From positions 160,001 to 224,000 of the forward strand of contig CBDBOV010000006.1 in NCBI GenBank assembly GCA_965208575.1: a stretch of 64,000 nucleotides of DNA, in the 5' to 3' direction. Under the pieces are notes generated by a model, which had not been told where the DNA came from, did not search any database, and was given only the letters and a program-made list of their open reading frames with translations. Each line of letters opens with the position of its first letter. The stretch's first letter is position 1. The position numbers and the translations under genes are program-made. Below, in pieces: positions 1 to 9,881 of the stretch. Source of the stretch: Spirochaetia bacterium (lineage in GTDB: Bacteria > Spirochaetota > Spirochaetia > SZUA-6 > Bin103).

Positions 1-172
1 ACTTCTACGGCTACATGGCGCAGACCATTCCGCATGCCTCCTACATCCGCACCAAGTTCTACCGCGTCGACAGCGGCACCGAGAAGTGGCTCGACTACAA
101 GCGCATCGCCGCGATCATCAAGGCCACGGCTACAACGGCTGCATCTCCATCGTCTACGAGGGCGAGCACCAT
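1..172 (+). pseudogene. Sugar-phosphate isomerase/epimerase (TIM barrel), portion upstream of an insertion; truncated by window edge
   Basis: Reads ...KWLDYKRIAAIIKA then, after a 1-nt frameshift near 128, GYNGCISIVYEGEHH, a typical xylose-isomerase-like C-terminal motif; stops abruptly at the element terminus at 173. Confidence 0.7.
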
Positions 173-282
173 GGGTGCGACCGCCAGAAGCGGCAGATGT
201 CGCACGGCCGGAATCGACGACGGCTTGCAGGAGCGCACGTCGGGCGGCCCGACCCAAACGCGGCCACGCAGAGGAGGTCGCG

Positions 283-2808
283 CTACCTCCCCGGCTCCGC
301 GGCCGGCGCCGGGCCGTGGCATATGCGGTGGTGGGCAAAGCACGACAAAACGAGGTTCTCCGGCTCCGGGCCACCCCCCTCGGCAACCGGCAGCACGTGG
401 TGGATCTGTAGCAGGTGGGAGGAATTGCAGCGGCGCCCGGTGAGCGGATCCCGAAAGCGGCAGCGTCCCCCGTCGCGCAGCCAGACGTGACGCCGGACCG
501 CCGCCGGAATGGGGCGCCGCACCGGCGACCGGCGTGGGCCGCGCAGAGCATCGCGGCTGAACTGCGGCGATGCTCGCCCCGGCGCACCGCCGGCTCCACG
601 TGCAGGCGACACGCCGCATGCCAACTCCGGCGGCGGAGGAGAGGCCGGTGAGAGCGGAGCGGTGACGGTGCCGTCGGCTGGGCCACCGCCGGCGAACATC
701 GGCGCCGGAGGAGTGGCTGGTGAGAGCGGAGCGGCGCCAGTGCCGTCGGCTGGGCGACCGCCGGCGAACATCGGCGGCGAAGGAGAGGCGGGTGAGAGCG
801 GAGCGGTGACGGTGCCGTCGGCTGGGCCGCCCGTGGCGAACTTCGGCGCCGGAGTAGCGCTCGGCGGGACCGGGGCGGCGGCGGTGCCACCCGTTGCGCC
901 GCCACTGGTGAACTGCGGCGCCGCAGGCGCTTCCGGCGAGGCCGATGGCCCGACCGCGCGGGCGTCGCCCGCCGGCGCAGCGGGCACGTGGGCACCGGCG
1001 TTCTGACCCTCCGGCGCCGCAGGAGGGTCGGGCGTGACCGAAGCGGCGACACCTGCGCGGGTGCCGGGTGCCAATGGACCGGTTGTCTGCGCAGCCGGTG
1101 CGACGCTGCGCACCGGTGCTGCGCCAGGCGACGTTGCGGCGTCGGACTGCATCCGGGCGGCGGCGGTCTCTCCCTGCGGCGCCGGAGTATCGTCGCTCCC
1201 ACGCCCAGCCGAAGCGGCCGCCGGAGCGTCGCCTGTCGTGGTCCGCTCCGGCCGCGACGGCGCTGCCGTGCTGCCCGCGCGCTTCCGCCGGCGCCCGCCG
1301 CCGCCGGGGTCGTGCCGCGCCAGCGCCTCGCGCACCAGGCGCGCCACCAAGTCACCCCAAGACATGCGCGGGTCCACGTGCGACAGCAGGTTCTTCAGTT
1401 GGCGCAGTCCCTGCTCGCACTCCTGGTCGATGCTCACCTTCAAGGTGAAGCGGTCGGGCGCCACGGCGCGCAGCGTGTCGCGCGGCGGCACCACCTCGGG
1501 GGCGGCGTCCGCCAGCAGACCGGCGACCTGGCGGGTGGTCATGCCGGCGGCCTGCTCGATCAACTCGCGTTGGCGCCGCGGGTGCAGCAGCGGGGCGGCG
1601 GACATCGGCCCGGCAGACCGTTGCGTCATCGGATCACCGCGGGACGGCTCCGGTGCGAGCGCCGCGGTGGGCCGCGGCGCCGATGGGGCCACGACCGGCA
1701 ACGGTACCGGCGCTGCGCAACTCGCCGGCGGCCGAAGCGGGGCAGCAGGGAGCTGGTCCGAGGAAGGTGCGGCAGGACCGGGAGCGCGCGGGGGTGCGGG
1801 AGAGTGCGAGGCGGCACCGCCCGACTCCAGCCGCGCCGGCAGCGCATCGGCAGGCCCGGCGCCGCGGTGCTGCGCGGCGGCGTGGCTCGCGCCTGGCACT
1901 ACCGGCGCGTCTGCCGGCCCGTCGCACGCAAGTCCGGTGCGCAGCGCATGCCCCGCCGCCGCCGGCGGTGGCGCGTACACGGTGGCGGTATTCGGGTTCC
2001 ACCTGTCCGGGACACCCACCGGCGTCGAAGTCGGAGCGGCGCCCGAGGTGGCGACGCCCGAGTCCGATCGGCCCACCGGCTGCGAACCCGCCGCTCCCGG
2101 ACGGGCATCGACTGCCGCCGATTCGTCGGAACGTCGTCTGCCGCGGTCGCTCCCGGTATGCCGGTTTTCACGCTCTCGGAGGTCAGGCGGCGACTGCGCC
2201 GCCGATTCGACGGACGATCGGGTGCCGCGGTCGCTTCCGGTGTGCCGGTCTGCGCGGCCTTCGGTGTCACGGTGCCACCGCGCCTCCTGGTCGACGGCGG
2301 CCACGCCGTGCGCGGCGGATGCAGTCATCGCCGCGGCAGTGGCCACCCCCGCTCGCGCTCGGCACGGATCGGCTTCCCGGTCACCCGCTGCACCTGGCGA
2401 CGCAGGCAGCCCAGGCAGGTCGTGGCAGCACTCCTGACCGGCGTTCGGGCTCGCTCTCCGGGATTGGCGCTCGGCGGCGGCAAAGGCGGTCTCCAACTGC
2501 GCCGCCGCGGTCAGCGTCAGCTCGCCGCTGTGCAGCTTGGCCCGCACCCAGCCATGGCGCCGGCACAGCCGCATGGTCTGGATGCGGCGCTGCGCGGCGG
2601 CATCGGTGAAGCGCAACTCCCGCACCGCGTAGTCGAACAGGCTCGAGAACCCGCGCCGCGGCGCCAGGCCGCGACGGTCGATTTCGTCGAGGTGGTCCAG
2701 AATGTGCACTTCGAGGCCCCGCTGATTGGCCGCGAGGCGCCTGGTCTGGTCGAGGAGCTGCTGATCGCCGAGCGTGCTGAAGGGTCGTGTGCCGGTTCCG
2801 CTTGTCAT
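283..2808 (-). CDS. HNH endonuclease with DUF222-like N-terminal region and long Pro/Ala linkers (841 aa)
   Basis: N-term LDHLDEIDRRGLAPRRGFSSLFDYAVREL; C-term RPIPAAVRRHVWLRDGGRC..RC..LQIHH..P..EGG..ENL..C..HH; TATACT 6 nt before ATG. Confidence 0.85.
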   Translation of the reverse strand: MTSGTGTRPFSTLGDQQLLDQTRRLAANQRGLEVHILDHLDEIDRRGLAPRRGFSSLFDYAVRELRFTDAAAQRRIQTMRLCRRHGWVRAKLHSGELTLTAAAQLETAFAAAERQSRRASPNAGQECCHDLPGLPASPGAAGDREADPCRARAGVATAAAMTASAAHGVAAVDQEARWHRDTEGRADRHTGSDRGTRSSVESAAQSPPDLRERENRHTGSDRGRRRSDESAAVDARPGAAGSQPVGRSDSGVATSGAAPTSTPVGVPDRWNPNTATVYAPPPAAAGHALRTGLACDGPADAPVVPGASHAAAQHRGAGPADALPARLESGGAASHSPAPPRAPGPAAPSSDQLPAAPLRPPASCAAPVPLPVVAPSAPRPTAALAPEPSRGDPMTQRSAGPMSAAPLLHPRRQRELIEQAAGMTTRQVAGLLADAAPEVVPPRDTLRAVAPDRFTLKVSIDQECEQGLRQLKNLLSHVDPRMSWGDLVARLVREALARHDPGGGGRRRKRAGSTAAPSRPERTTTGDAPAAASAGRGSDDTPAPQGETAAARMQSDAATSPGAAPVRSVAPAAQTTGPLAPGTRAGVAASVTPDPPAAPEGQNAGAHVPAAPAGDARAVGPSASPEAPAAPQFTSGGATGGTAAAPVPPSATPAPKFATGGPADGTVTAPLSPASPSPPMFAGGRPADGTGAAPLSPATPPAPMFAGGGPADGTVTAPLSPASPPPPELACGVSPARGAGGAPGRASPQFSRDALRGPRRSPVRRPIPAAVRRHVWLRDGGRCRFRDPLTGRRCNSSHLLQIHHVLPVAEGGGPEPENLVLSCFAHHRICHGPAPAAEPGR
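629..852. repeat. 72-bp (24-aa) coding tandem repeat x3 in the HNH gene linker
   Basis: GGTGAGAGCGG recurs at 647, 719, 791; unit ~PAPMFAGGGPADGTVTAPLSPASP. Confidence 0.85.
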
Positions 2809-3231
2809 ACGGTAAGTATACTACTGACCTGTAGATAGCCCGTTTCTTCGGGTCTCAGACCCGGTGCCGGCAGCGCCTGTGGGGCGCGAAATGGCGCCTC
2901 CGGGGGCACGCGCTCGGGCACTTGGCGGTTGCAGGCCATTGTCGGGCTTCCAGGCGCGCCAGGGGCCTTCAGCGGCAGCGAAAACTGCGTCAACCCCTGC
3001 GGCCGATTTTGTGCAGGATTTTCGGCGCAGGCGGCTTGCCGAGCACCGCGGCAGGCAGGAACCACGCCGCCGCCTCGGGACTGTCCCACCGGTACGTGGG
3101 CACGCAAGGACACCGGCGCGCGGCAGCCCACTCGATCCGCAATCTGTTGCCGTGTCGCCCGCGTGCAATGCTGGGAGATCGGCGCGTGCTGATTCTGTCA
3201 ACCGCCATTGCCGCCTTCCGCGTTCGCACCC

Positions 3232-3350
3232 AGCACCATGACCGCGTCGAGCTGGTCCGTCGTGCCGCGGCTTACCTCCGAGACAGCTTGGCGGGCTTCC
3301 GACCGCCCGGCCATGCGGTCGCGCCCGCGGGCCGGCGGCACGCAGCCTGA
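3232..3350 (+). pseudogene. Displaced 3' end of the interrupted isomerase gene
   Basis: HHDRVELVRRAAAYLRDSLAGFRPPGHAVAPAGRRHAA* joins in frame to ...IVYEGE once one target duplication is removed. Confidence 0.75.
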
Positions 3351-3394
3351 GTGCGCTCATTGACATGGTGACGGGCGCGTGGCAGATTCGAGCG

Positions 3395-4270
3395 ATGCCT
3401 GCGACCGTAATCGACCAAGCGCACGCCGAAGGGTATCGCAACGACGGCTACGTGCTGCTGCGGGACGTGTTGGAAGACGCGGCCCTGCAGCCGGTGCACG
3501 ACGCCATCAAGGCCGAGGTGGACCAGCTCGCCGACCGGTTCCACCGGGAGGGCAAGGTCAGCTCGCGCTATGCGGACGAGCCGTTCAACCGGCGCCTGGT
3601 GCTGCTGTGCGAGGAAGCCGGGGAGCAGGTGAAGATATGGGAGCTGCGAACGCGGGCAGCGGTCACGCCGGCGCTGTACGAATTCGTACGCCATCCCGCG
3701 CTGCTGGACCTGATGACCGCGCTCCTGGGGCCGGAAGTCGCCTGGACGGGAAGCTTCGCGGTGCGCCTGAAGCTGCCCGAAACCGAGGAGACCGCGTTCC
3801 CCTGGCACCAGGATACCCAGTATTACGGCAACCCGACCCGGCACCTGCACGTGATCTCGGTGTGGATTCCGCTGGTCGACGTGGACGAGCGCAACGGCTG
3901 CATGCACCTGCTGGCCGGCAGCCACCAATGGGGTCTGCTCGGCGGCGCGCGGGACGCCCAGCGTGTCGTGCGCATGTTCGAGGACGTGGAACAGCGCGCC
4001 AAGCCGGTCGTGCTGCCGATGCGGCGCGGCGACCTGCTGGCGTTCAGCAACCTCACCTGCCACGCCAGCATGCTGAACACCACCAACGAGGTGCGCTGGA
4101 GCGTCGACCTCCGCTATATCGTTCCCGAGGCCGCCGTCGCGCGCAGCGACGACGAGCGGCACGGCTACGCCACCATCTACGATCACTACCGCATGCGCCC
4201 GATCACCGTGGCCAGCCGCGACCCCGACCAGGTAGTACCCTGGGAGCAGATCCGCAACCTCGTCAGTTAA
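3395..4270 (+). CDS. Phytanoyl-CoA dioxygenase (PhyH) family Fe(II)/2OG dioxygenase
   Basis: PWHQD motif, VWIPLVDVDERNGC, GSH, distal CHASMLN..RWSVDLRY; start may be 3365. Confidence 0.9.
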   Translation: MPATVIDQAHAEGYRNDGYVLLRDVLEDAALQPVHDAIKAEVDQLADRFHREGKVSSRYADEPFNRRLVLLCEEAGEQVKIWELRTRAAVTPALYEFVRHPALLDLMTALLGPEVAWTGSFAVRLKLPETEETAFPWHQDTQYYGNPTRHLHVISVWIPLVDVDERNGCMHLLAGSHQWGLLGGARDAQRVVRMFEDVEQRAKPVVLPMRRGDLLAFSNLTCHASMLNTTNEVRWSVDLRYIVPEAAVARSDDERHGYATIYDHYRMRPITVASRDPDQVVPWEQIRNLVS

Positions 4271-4291
4271 TACCCTATTTACTACCCTCTC

Positions 4292-5356
4292 TCAGGCGCT
4301 GCTACCCTCATTCTTCGTGACCGCCCGCCAACGGGCACCCGGCCCGCGACCGCGGCACGTGACATCGCCGGTCTTTTTCAGGTCGGCCAGAAGCCTGCGG
4401 ATCCAGTCGCGTCCGACACCGGGACATTCGCGTTCCAGGTCGCTCAGGCGGAATTCGCCCGGCTGAGCGCGTATCGCGGCGAGCACGAGCGCCGACTTGC
4501 CGCCACGCGCGGTTTTGACCTGCTGCACGCGCTCTTCCAACTCGACGTAACCGCGGCGAATGACCGCAAACAGGAAGTTGAACCAGGGAGTCAGTTCGTG
4601 CTTGCCGTCGTGCCAGCGCTGCGAACTGCGGTAGAGAGATTCGTAGTACGCTTCCCGCGATTCCTCGATCAGGCGTTCGAGGCTGAGGTAGCGGCCCACC
4701 TCGTAGCCGTGCTGCCTGAGCGCAAGCAGGGTGAGCAGCCGCGACACGCGCCCGTTGCCGTCCCGAAACGGGTGGATGCAGAGGAAGTCCAGGACCAGCG
4801 CGGCAATGGCGATCAGCGGCAGGATGTTTTCCTGGTCGAGCGCGAATCGGTACCGCTCGCAGAGTTCCTCGACCGCTGCTGGCGTTTCCGCCGCCGCCAC
4901 GCACCGGAACCGGACCACCGGTGCCTGCCCGGGGCGCAGTTCGACGATGTCGTTGTCGACGCGCTTGAACCGCCCGGCGTCGCCGCTCGCCGACTGGCAC
5001 AGAGCATGCAGATGCAGCAGCGTATCCGGTGTCACGCCGAGAGAAGCTGTGCCGGCGTGAATCTGGTCCATTGCGCGACGGTAGCCGTGGACCTCCTTTT
5101 CGGGCCGGTCGCGAGGAGTAGCCCTGCCGAGCACGAGCGCGTGCAGGCGGTCGTGAGCGACCGTCACACCTTCGATCCGATTGGACGACTCCACGCTCTG
5201 AATCGTGGCGGAGTCTCGGAGCGCCTTGAGAACCTGCGGCGACTGGCGGGAATACAGCTCCTGCTTGCCCTTGTACTCGGCGATGTCGGTGAGCAGCCAC
5301 GTCGTGCCCATCGGCATCTCGTAGTCGCGCAATCGGTTGTCCCGGAACGAATTCAT
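4292..5356 (-). CDS. Fic family protein with C-terminal HTH
   Basis: Canonical HPFRDGNGRVSR motif; SSNRIEG inhibitory motif. Confidence 0.92.
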   Translation of the reverse strand: MNSFRDNRLRDYEMPMGTTWLLTDIAEYKGKQELYSRQSPQVLKALRDSATIQSVESSNRIEGVTVAHDRLHALVLGRATPRDRPEKEVHGYRRAMDQIHAGTASLGVTPDTLLHLHALCQSASGDAGRFKRVDNDIVELRPGQAPVVRFRCVAAAETPAAVEELCERYRFALDQENILPLIAIAALVLDFLCIHPFRDGNGRVSRLLTLLALRQHGYEVGRYLSLERLIEESREAYYESLYRSSQRWHDGKHELTPWFNFLFAVIRRGYVELEERVQQVKTARGGKSALVLAAIRAQPGEFRLSDLERECPGVGRDWIRRLLADLKKTGDVTCRGRGPGARWRAVTKNEGSSA

Positions 5357-5430
5357 GATCGGCTCCGCACCCGGCAGGTCACCCGGCACCACCATATGAG
5401 GTTGCCGGGCGCCCGACAACCTCATTCCTG

Positions 5431-6133
5431 TCACGGCATGAACAGCCCGCCGCTGACGTGCAGCGACTGCCCGGTGACGTACTCGGCGGCATCCGAGGCG
5501 AAAAAGGCTACCGCGTGGGCGACGTCTTCCGGTTCTCCCCGGCGCTTGGCGAGGATCGGGATGCCGAGCCAGCGCAGGTCCTGCGCTTCGTCGATCCGGA
5601 TCGGCTCGCTGCGCTCCTCTTCCACGTCGCGGTACTTGCGTATCATGCAGGGCAGGATCGCGTTGGCCGTGACGTAGGGCGCGCCCTCATGGGCGATCCC
5701 CTTGGTCATGGCGATCAGGGCCGCCTTGGAGGCGGCGTAGGAAGGTGGCGCGCGCGTTGACGTTCATCACCCGGTCCCACTCCGCGCAGGGCGTGTCGAC
5801 GATCCTGTGCGCCTGGCCGGTGCCGCTGTTGCTCACCAGGATGTCCACCGCGCCGAACGCCTCCTCCGCCTCCCGCACCAGCTCCTCGCACTGCGCGACA
5901 TCCGCCACGTCCACCCGGATGGCAACCGAGCGCCTGCCCATGGCCTCGATCCTGGCGCAGATGTTGCGGGCTTCTTCCCCGCTCGTGTGGTAGTTGACCG
6001 CCACGTCGGCCCCGGCCCGCGCCAGTACCTGGCAGATGGTGGCGCCAATGCTTCGCCCACCGCCGGTAACCAATGCTACCCTGCCGGAAAGATCGATCGA
6101 CCCCGCCTCAAGCTCCTGCTTCCTGCCAGACAT
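5431..6133 (-). pseudogene. SDR (FabG-like) oxidoreductase with internal deletion/frameshift
   Basis: TGGGRSIG Rossmann motif and NVNARATF joined out of frame to PSYAASKAAL (YxxxK) at ~5740; the catalytic-Ser segment is missing. Confidence 0.8.
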
Positions 6134-6232
6134 GCCGTCCTTTGTACCCCGCATCCGCTCACCCGGAACAGGCGCCGGAACAGCCGCGGGTCCGCCTGGA
6201 ATCCAAAGTAGCTACGGAGGTAGCATGCTGGT

Positions 6233-6454
6233 ATGAAACTGAGTATCAGCCTGCCGCAGCGGGACGTGGAGTTGCTCGACGAGTACGTGCGAACGCGACG
6301 CGTGAAGTCGCGTTCGGCCGCGGTGCAGCGGGCCGTCGACCTGCTGCGGGCGGTGGACTTGGCAGACGACTACGCCGCCGCGTGGGCGGAGCGGGACGCT
6401 GCCGGCGACGAATCGGCGTGGGATCGTACGATCCGCGACGGTCTGGCGACCTGA
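6233..6454 (+). CDS. Ribbon-helix-helix antitoxin (MazE9-like), orphan
   Basis: MKLSISLP..LLDEYV..SRSAAVQRA..LADDYAAAW..W..TIRDGL resembles mycobacterial MazE9; no toxin follows. Confidence 0.75.
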   Translation: MKLSISLPQRDVELLDEYVRTRRVKSRSAAVQRAVDLLRAVDLADDYAAAWAERDAAGDESAWDRTIRDGLAT

Positions 6455-6498
6455 AGGCCGCGCAGCCGAGTTGCGCCACGTCGCCTGTGTTGACCAGT

Positions 6499-7848
6499 TC
6501 AGTTGTTCAGTGTCTTCCTGGCGTTGGCGTGGTAGAAGGCCGCTCTGCCAACGCCGCCGCGCTCCACGAGCCCGGCATCCCGCAGCACCCGGAGTTCGCG
6601 CAGCGCCGTATCGCCGCTGACGGCCAGGAAGGTCGCCGCCTCGTCCTTGGTGGTGCGCGTGCGTCCGGCGACGAACTGATATAGCCGGCTCTGACGGCCC
6701 GATAGAAGCGACTCGGTGTCCAGCCGCGGCCGGAAGGTGACCACGAAAAAGTTGGATGCCGAGATCTCCATCGGGGGGTTGCCGTTCTCCTCCAGCGCCT
6801 GCCTGATCCGCGGGATGCCACTGCCGACGCGTTCCACGTAGCGGGCGCGGAACAGGAGATCGGCCACCAGGCGGTTGCGACGCACACTGCGCTTGCCCAA
6901 GTCTGCCAGCGACAGTCCGCTGAACAGGCCGCCGGGGTTCTCGACTTCCAGCCGGTCCGCGAAGATGCTGACAAAGACGTGCGCGGCATCGTAGTGGTAG
7001 TCGCGATGCATGACCGCGTTGGTGATCGCCTCCCGGATGGCGACCGGCGGGTACTCGTACACGTCGCGGCGTTGCGGGCGAGCGTCCACGAGGTACGCGG
7101 TGCGGATGTTCCTGGAGGTGAAGGCAATTGCGCCCTCAATGAGCTCGGGAGGGCTGCCGGTGATCTCCTGCCGATCGAGCACGTCGAGCCGCTCCGTTCC
7201 CGCGAAGCGCACGCAGCTTACGTGGCTCTCCTTCACGTAGCGTTGTGGGTCGCGAGCGAAGAACAGGACGCCGCCTTGCCGGAAAGAGATGCCCTCCGCG
7301 GCCGGTACCGCCGCGTCGAGACTTGCGAGCAGGTCTTCCGGACGCGCCTCGATGCGGATTCCCGCGGCCTGCAGGTAGGCGCGATAGCGGTTCCGGTCGA
7401 AGTCCCGCGGGTAGCGAAAGTGCCGGTTGACGCTTTCGTCGAAGTGGTAGTCGCCGGCCTGCAGCACCAGTCGCCGTATCTCGGCGGTGCTGAGCTTCTG
7501 CGTCGTCGCGCCCTGCCTCAGGTAGAAGCCTTCCTTGCAGCGATACGGTTTCTGTACCCCCTCGGCCACCACCACCTCCAGCACGCCGGGGCCCAGGTTG
7601 GCTACCTCGACCTGAACCGAGGGATCGCAGTTGCGGGCGATGGCCTGTATCTCGCTGCGCACGCGGTTGGAGGTGTCAACGCCGACCACCTCGCCGGCAT
7701 CGTCGACGCCGAGCAGAACCGTGCCGCCCGAGGAGTTCGCGAATGCAACGATCTCACGGTCGAGCCGGGACAGTGACTGTCTGAATTCGAGGCGCTGCCC
7801 TTCCCCTTCGGCCAGGAGCAGGGCGAGGCGGCCTGCCGGGTCGATCAT
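6499..7848 (-). CDS. AlbA_2 (Schlafen-like) + HATPase_c_4 + HTH ATP-binding protein
   Basis: EGQRLEF..IVAFANSSGGTVLLGVDD; EYP..AIREAITNAVMHRDY; ENPGG; RNRLVAD..VERVGSGI. Confidence 0.88.
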   Translation of the reverse strand: MIDPAGRLALLLAEGEGQRLEFRQSLSRLDREIVAFANSSGGTVLLGVDDAGEVVGVDTSNRVRSEIQAIARNCDPSVQVEVANLGPGVLEVVVAEGVQKPYRCKEGFYLRQGATTQKLSTAEIRRLVLQAGDYHFDESVNRHFRYPRDFDRNRYRAYLQAAGIRIEARPEDLLASLDAAVPAAEGISFRQGGVLFFARDPQRYVKESHVSCVRFAGTERLDVLDRQEITGSPPELIEGAIAFTSRNIRTAYLVDARPQRRDVYEYPPVAIREAITNAVMHRDYHYDAAHVFVSIFADRLEVENPGGLFSGLSLADLGKRSVRRNRLVADLLFRARYVERVGSGIPRIRQALEENGNPPMEISASNFFVVTFRPRLDTESLLSGRQSRLYQFVAGRTRTTKDEAATFLAVSGDTALRELRVLRDAGLVERGGVGRAAFYHANARKTLNN

Positions 7849-7979
7849 CTGAGCCAGTGTACCAAGCCAGACCCCCGATGTACAGTGTTTGCGGCGCAAA
7901 TGCTTCGCAAATGCGGCGCATTTCTAGTCTACGACGCCCGCATTCAATGCAGCCGGTGTTTCGCCACGGGCTGCTGGCG

Positions 7980-8111
7980 CTACATCCCCCAGACCGTGAC
8001 AGGTGCGTCGGCTTCCGCCGGCGCGCGGCGGAAGATCTTTTCCGCCCAGGTTCGCTCCGGCGTGCGGTCGAACACGACCAGGCGGCCCGCCGCCGCCCCG
8101 CAGCGGTCCAT
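7980..8111 (-). pseudogene. Inverted 3' remnant of a paralogue of the adjacent AAA ATPase
   Basis: Translates MDRCGAAAGRLVVFDRTPERTWAEKIFRRAPAEADAPVTVWGM*, matching the C-terminus of 8229-9801 (VDRCAAEAGHLIVIDKRENRSWEEKIYR..VAVWGM). Confidence 0.75.
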
Positions 8112-8228
8112 CGGTGGCGGGGCATCTTGGCGGCTGATCGCGTCGTTCGACGGCGTAGCATGCTACACTCGACCAAAGACGCCCGGCCAACCCCAAACCG
8201 CCCGGCGTCGTCAACGAGGGTCGCAACC

Positions 8229-9801
8229 ATGCGTTCGTTCAATACTGCCGGTCCCGTCAAGCCCGACAAGCACTATTGCATCCCGCCGCTTGAGCGGATC
8301 GACCTTGACGAAGTCCTTGGGCTGGTGCGAGACGAGCGGTACTTCGTGCTGCACGCGCCGCGGCAGACCGGCAAGACGTCGGCGTTGCTGGCGCTGGCCG
8401 ACGTGCTGAACGAGCGCGGCTACCGGTGCGTGTACGCCACGGTGGAGACCGCCCGCACCGCACGTGATGACGTGGAGCGAGCGATGCGCGTGGTGCTCGC
8501 CACCCTGGCGGAGGCGGCGCAGGGGGTAGACGACGCGTTTCTGGAGGACAAGTGGGCGGAGATTCTCGCCATGTTCGGGCCGGATCGGCGTTGGGCGCGG
8601 CGCTGTCGCGGTGGGCGCAGGCGGCCCCGCAACCGCTGGTGCTGCTGATCGACGAGATCGACACGCTGACGGGCGATTCGCTCCTGTCGGTACTGCAGCA
8701 GATCCGTGCCGGCTACCCCCGCCGCCCGGCGCGCATGCCGCACAGCGTGGTCCTGTGCGGCATGCGCGACCCACGCGACTACCGCATGGGCGCTGCCGGC
8801 AGCCCGTTCAACATCGCCGCGAAGTCGCTACGACTGGGCGACCTCTCGCGCCAGGAGACGCTGGCGCTGCTGGCCCAGCACACCGAGCAGACCGGCAGGC
8901 GTTTACGCCCGAGGCGCTGGAGGCGGTGTGGACGCAGACCCGCGGCCAGCCCTGGCTGGTGAACGCGCTGGCGTACGGTGTCTGTTTCGAGAACAAGACG
9001 CTGCGCGAAGACCGCTCCCGCACGGTGACCGCGGACGACATCGCCGCGGTGCGCGAGGAGCTGATCGCGAACCGGGTGACGCACCTCGACTATCTGGCCG
9101 ACAAGCTGCGCGAGGACCGCGTGCGGCGGGTGATCGAGCCGATGCTGAGCGGCACGCACCGGCACACCTTCACGGACCGCGATGTCGGGTACGCGCGCGA
9201 CCTCGGGCTGCTGGCCCGCGACGCGCCGCTGCGGGTGGCCAACCCGATCTACGCCGAAGTGCTGCCGCGCGAACTCGCGTGGGTGGCGCAGGAGACGCTG
9301 GAGCTGTCGCCGCCGCGGTACGTGAGGGCGGACGGCAGCCTGGACGCGGAGTTGCTGATGACGGAGTTCCAGGGCTTCTTCCGCCGCCACTGCGAGCATT
9401 GGCGCAACCGCTTCGCGTACGAGGAGGCGTGGCCGCAGTTGCTGCTGCAGGCGTACCTGCAGCGCGTGGTGAACGGCGGCGGCCGCATCGAGCGGGAGTA
9501 CGCGCTCGGGAGTGGCAGGGTGGACCTGCTGATCGTGTGGCCGCTGGCCGACCGGGTGCAGGAGTTCGTGGTGGAGTGCAAGGTGGTGCGCGAGCACGAC
9601 GGGCTGGACACCGTGGTGGACGAGGGCGTGGAGCAGACGGCTCGCTACGTGGACCGCTGCGCGGCGGAGGCCGGGCACCTGATCGTGATCGACAAGCGGG
9701 AGAACCGGAGCTGGGAGGAGAAGATCTACCGCACCCGGCGCCGCTCGGCGCATCTGCGGCGCGGCGGCGGCGCCGTGCCGGTAGCGGTGTGGGGGATGTG
9801 A
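8229..9801 (+). pseudogene. AAA ATPase with C-terminal PD-(D/E)XK-like domain; two frameshifts (~8590, ~8897), possibly sequencing error
   Basis: MRSFNTAGP; Walker A HAPRQTGKTS; Walker B VLLIDEID; REYALGSGRVDL..VECK across three frames. Confidence 0.8.
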
Positions 9802-9881
9802 GTTAGCGGTCGGCCCTGATCCGCAGCATCGATCGACTCCAGGAGCATCCAGCAGCCCGTGGAGTAGGGCGCTGCTCGAAA

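Larger units (their letters stand above)
173..3231. mobile_element. Non-autonomous TIR element carrying an HNH endonuclease gene
   Basis: Left end GGGTGCGAcCGCcagaaGCGGCA (173); right end reverse complement GGGTGCGAaCGCggaagGCGGCA (ends 3231); AGCACCAT duplicated at 165-172 and 3232-3239; removal restores the host reading frame. Confidence 0.85.

Noticed and set aside
988-2838. Long + strand ORFs (616, 467, 318 aa) over the HNH gene
   Set aside because: Antisense shadows typical of high-GC DNA; no motifs, while the minus-strand frame has a clear HNH domain
8585-8900. Programmed frameshifting in the AAA ATPase
   Set aside because: No slippery heptamer; single-base losses in short G/C runs also occur elsewhere (128, 10810, 44130), indicating decay or sequencing error
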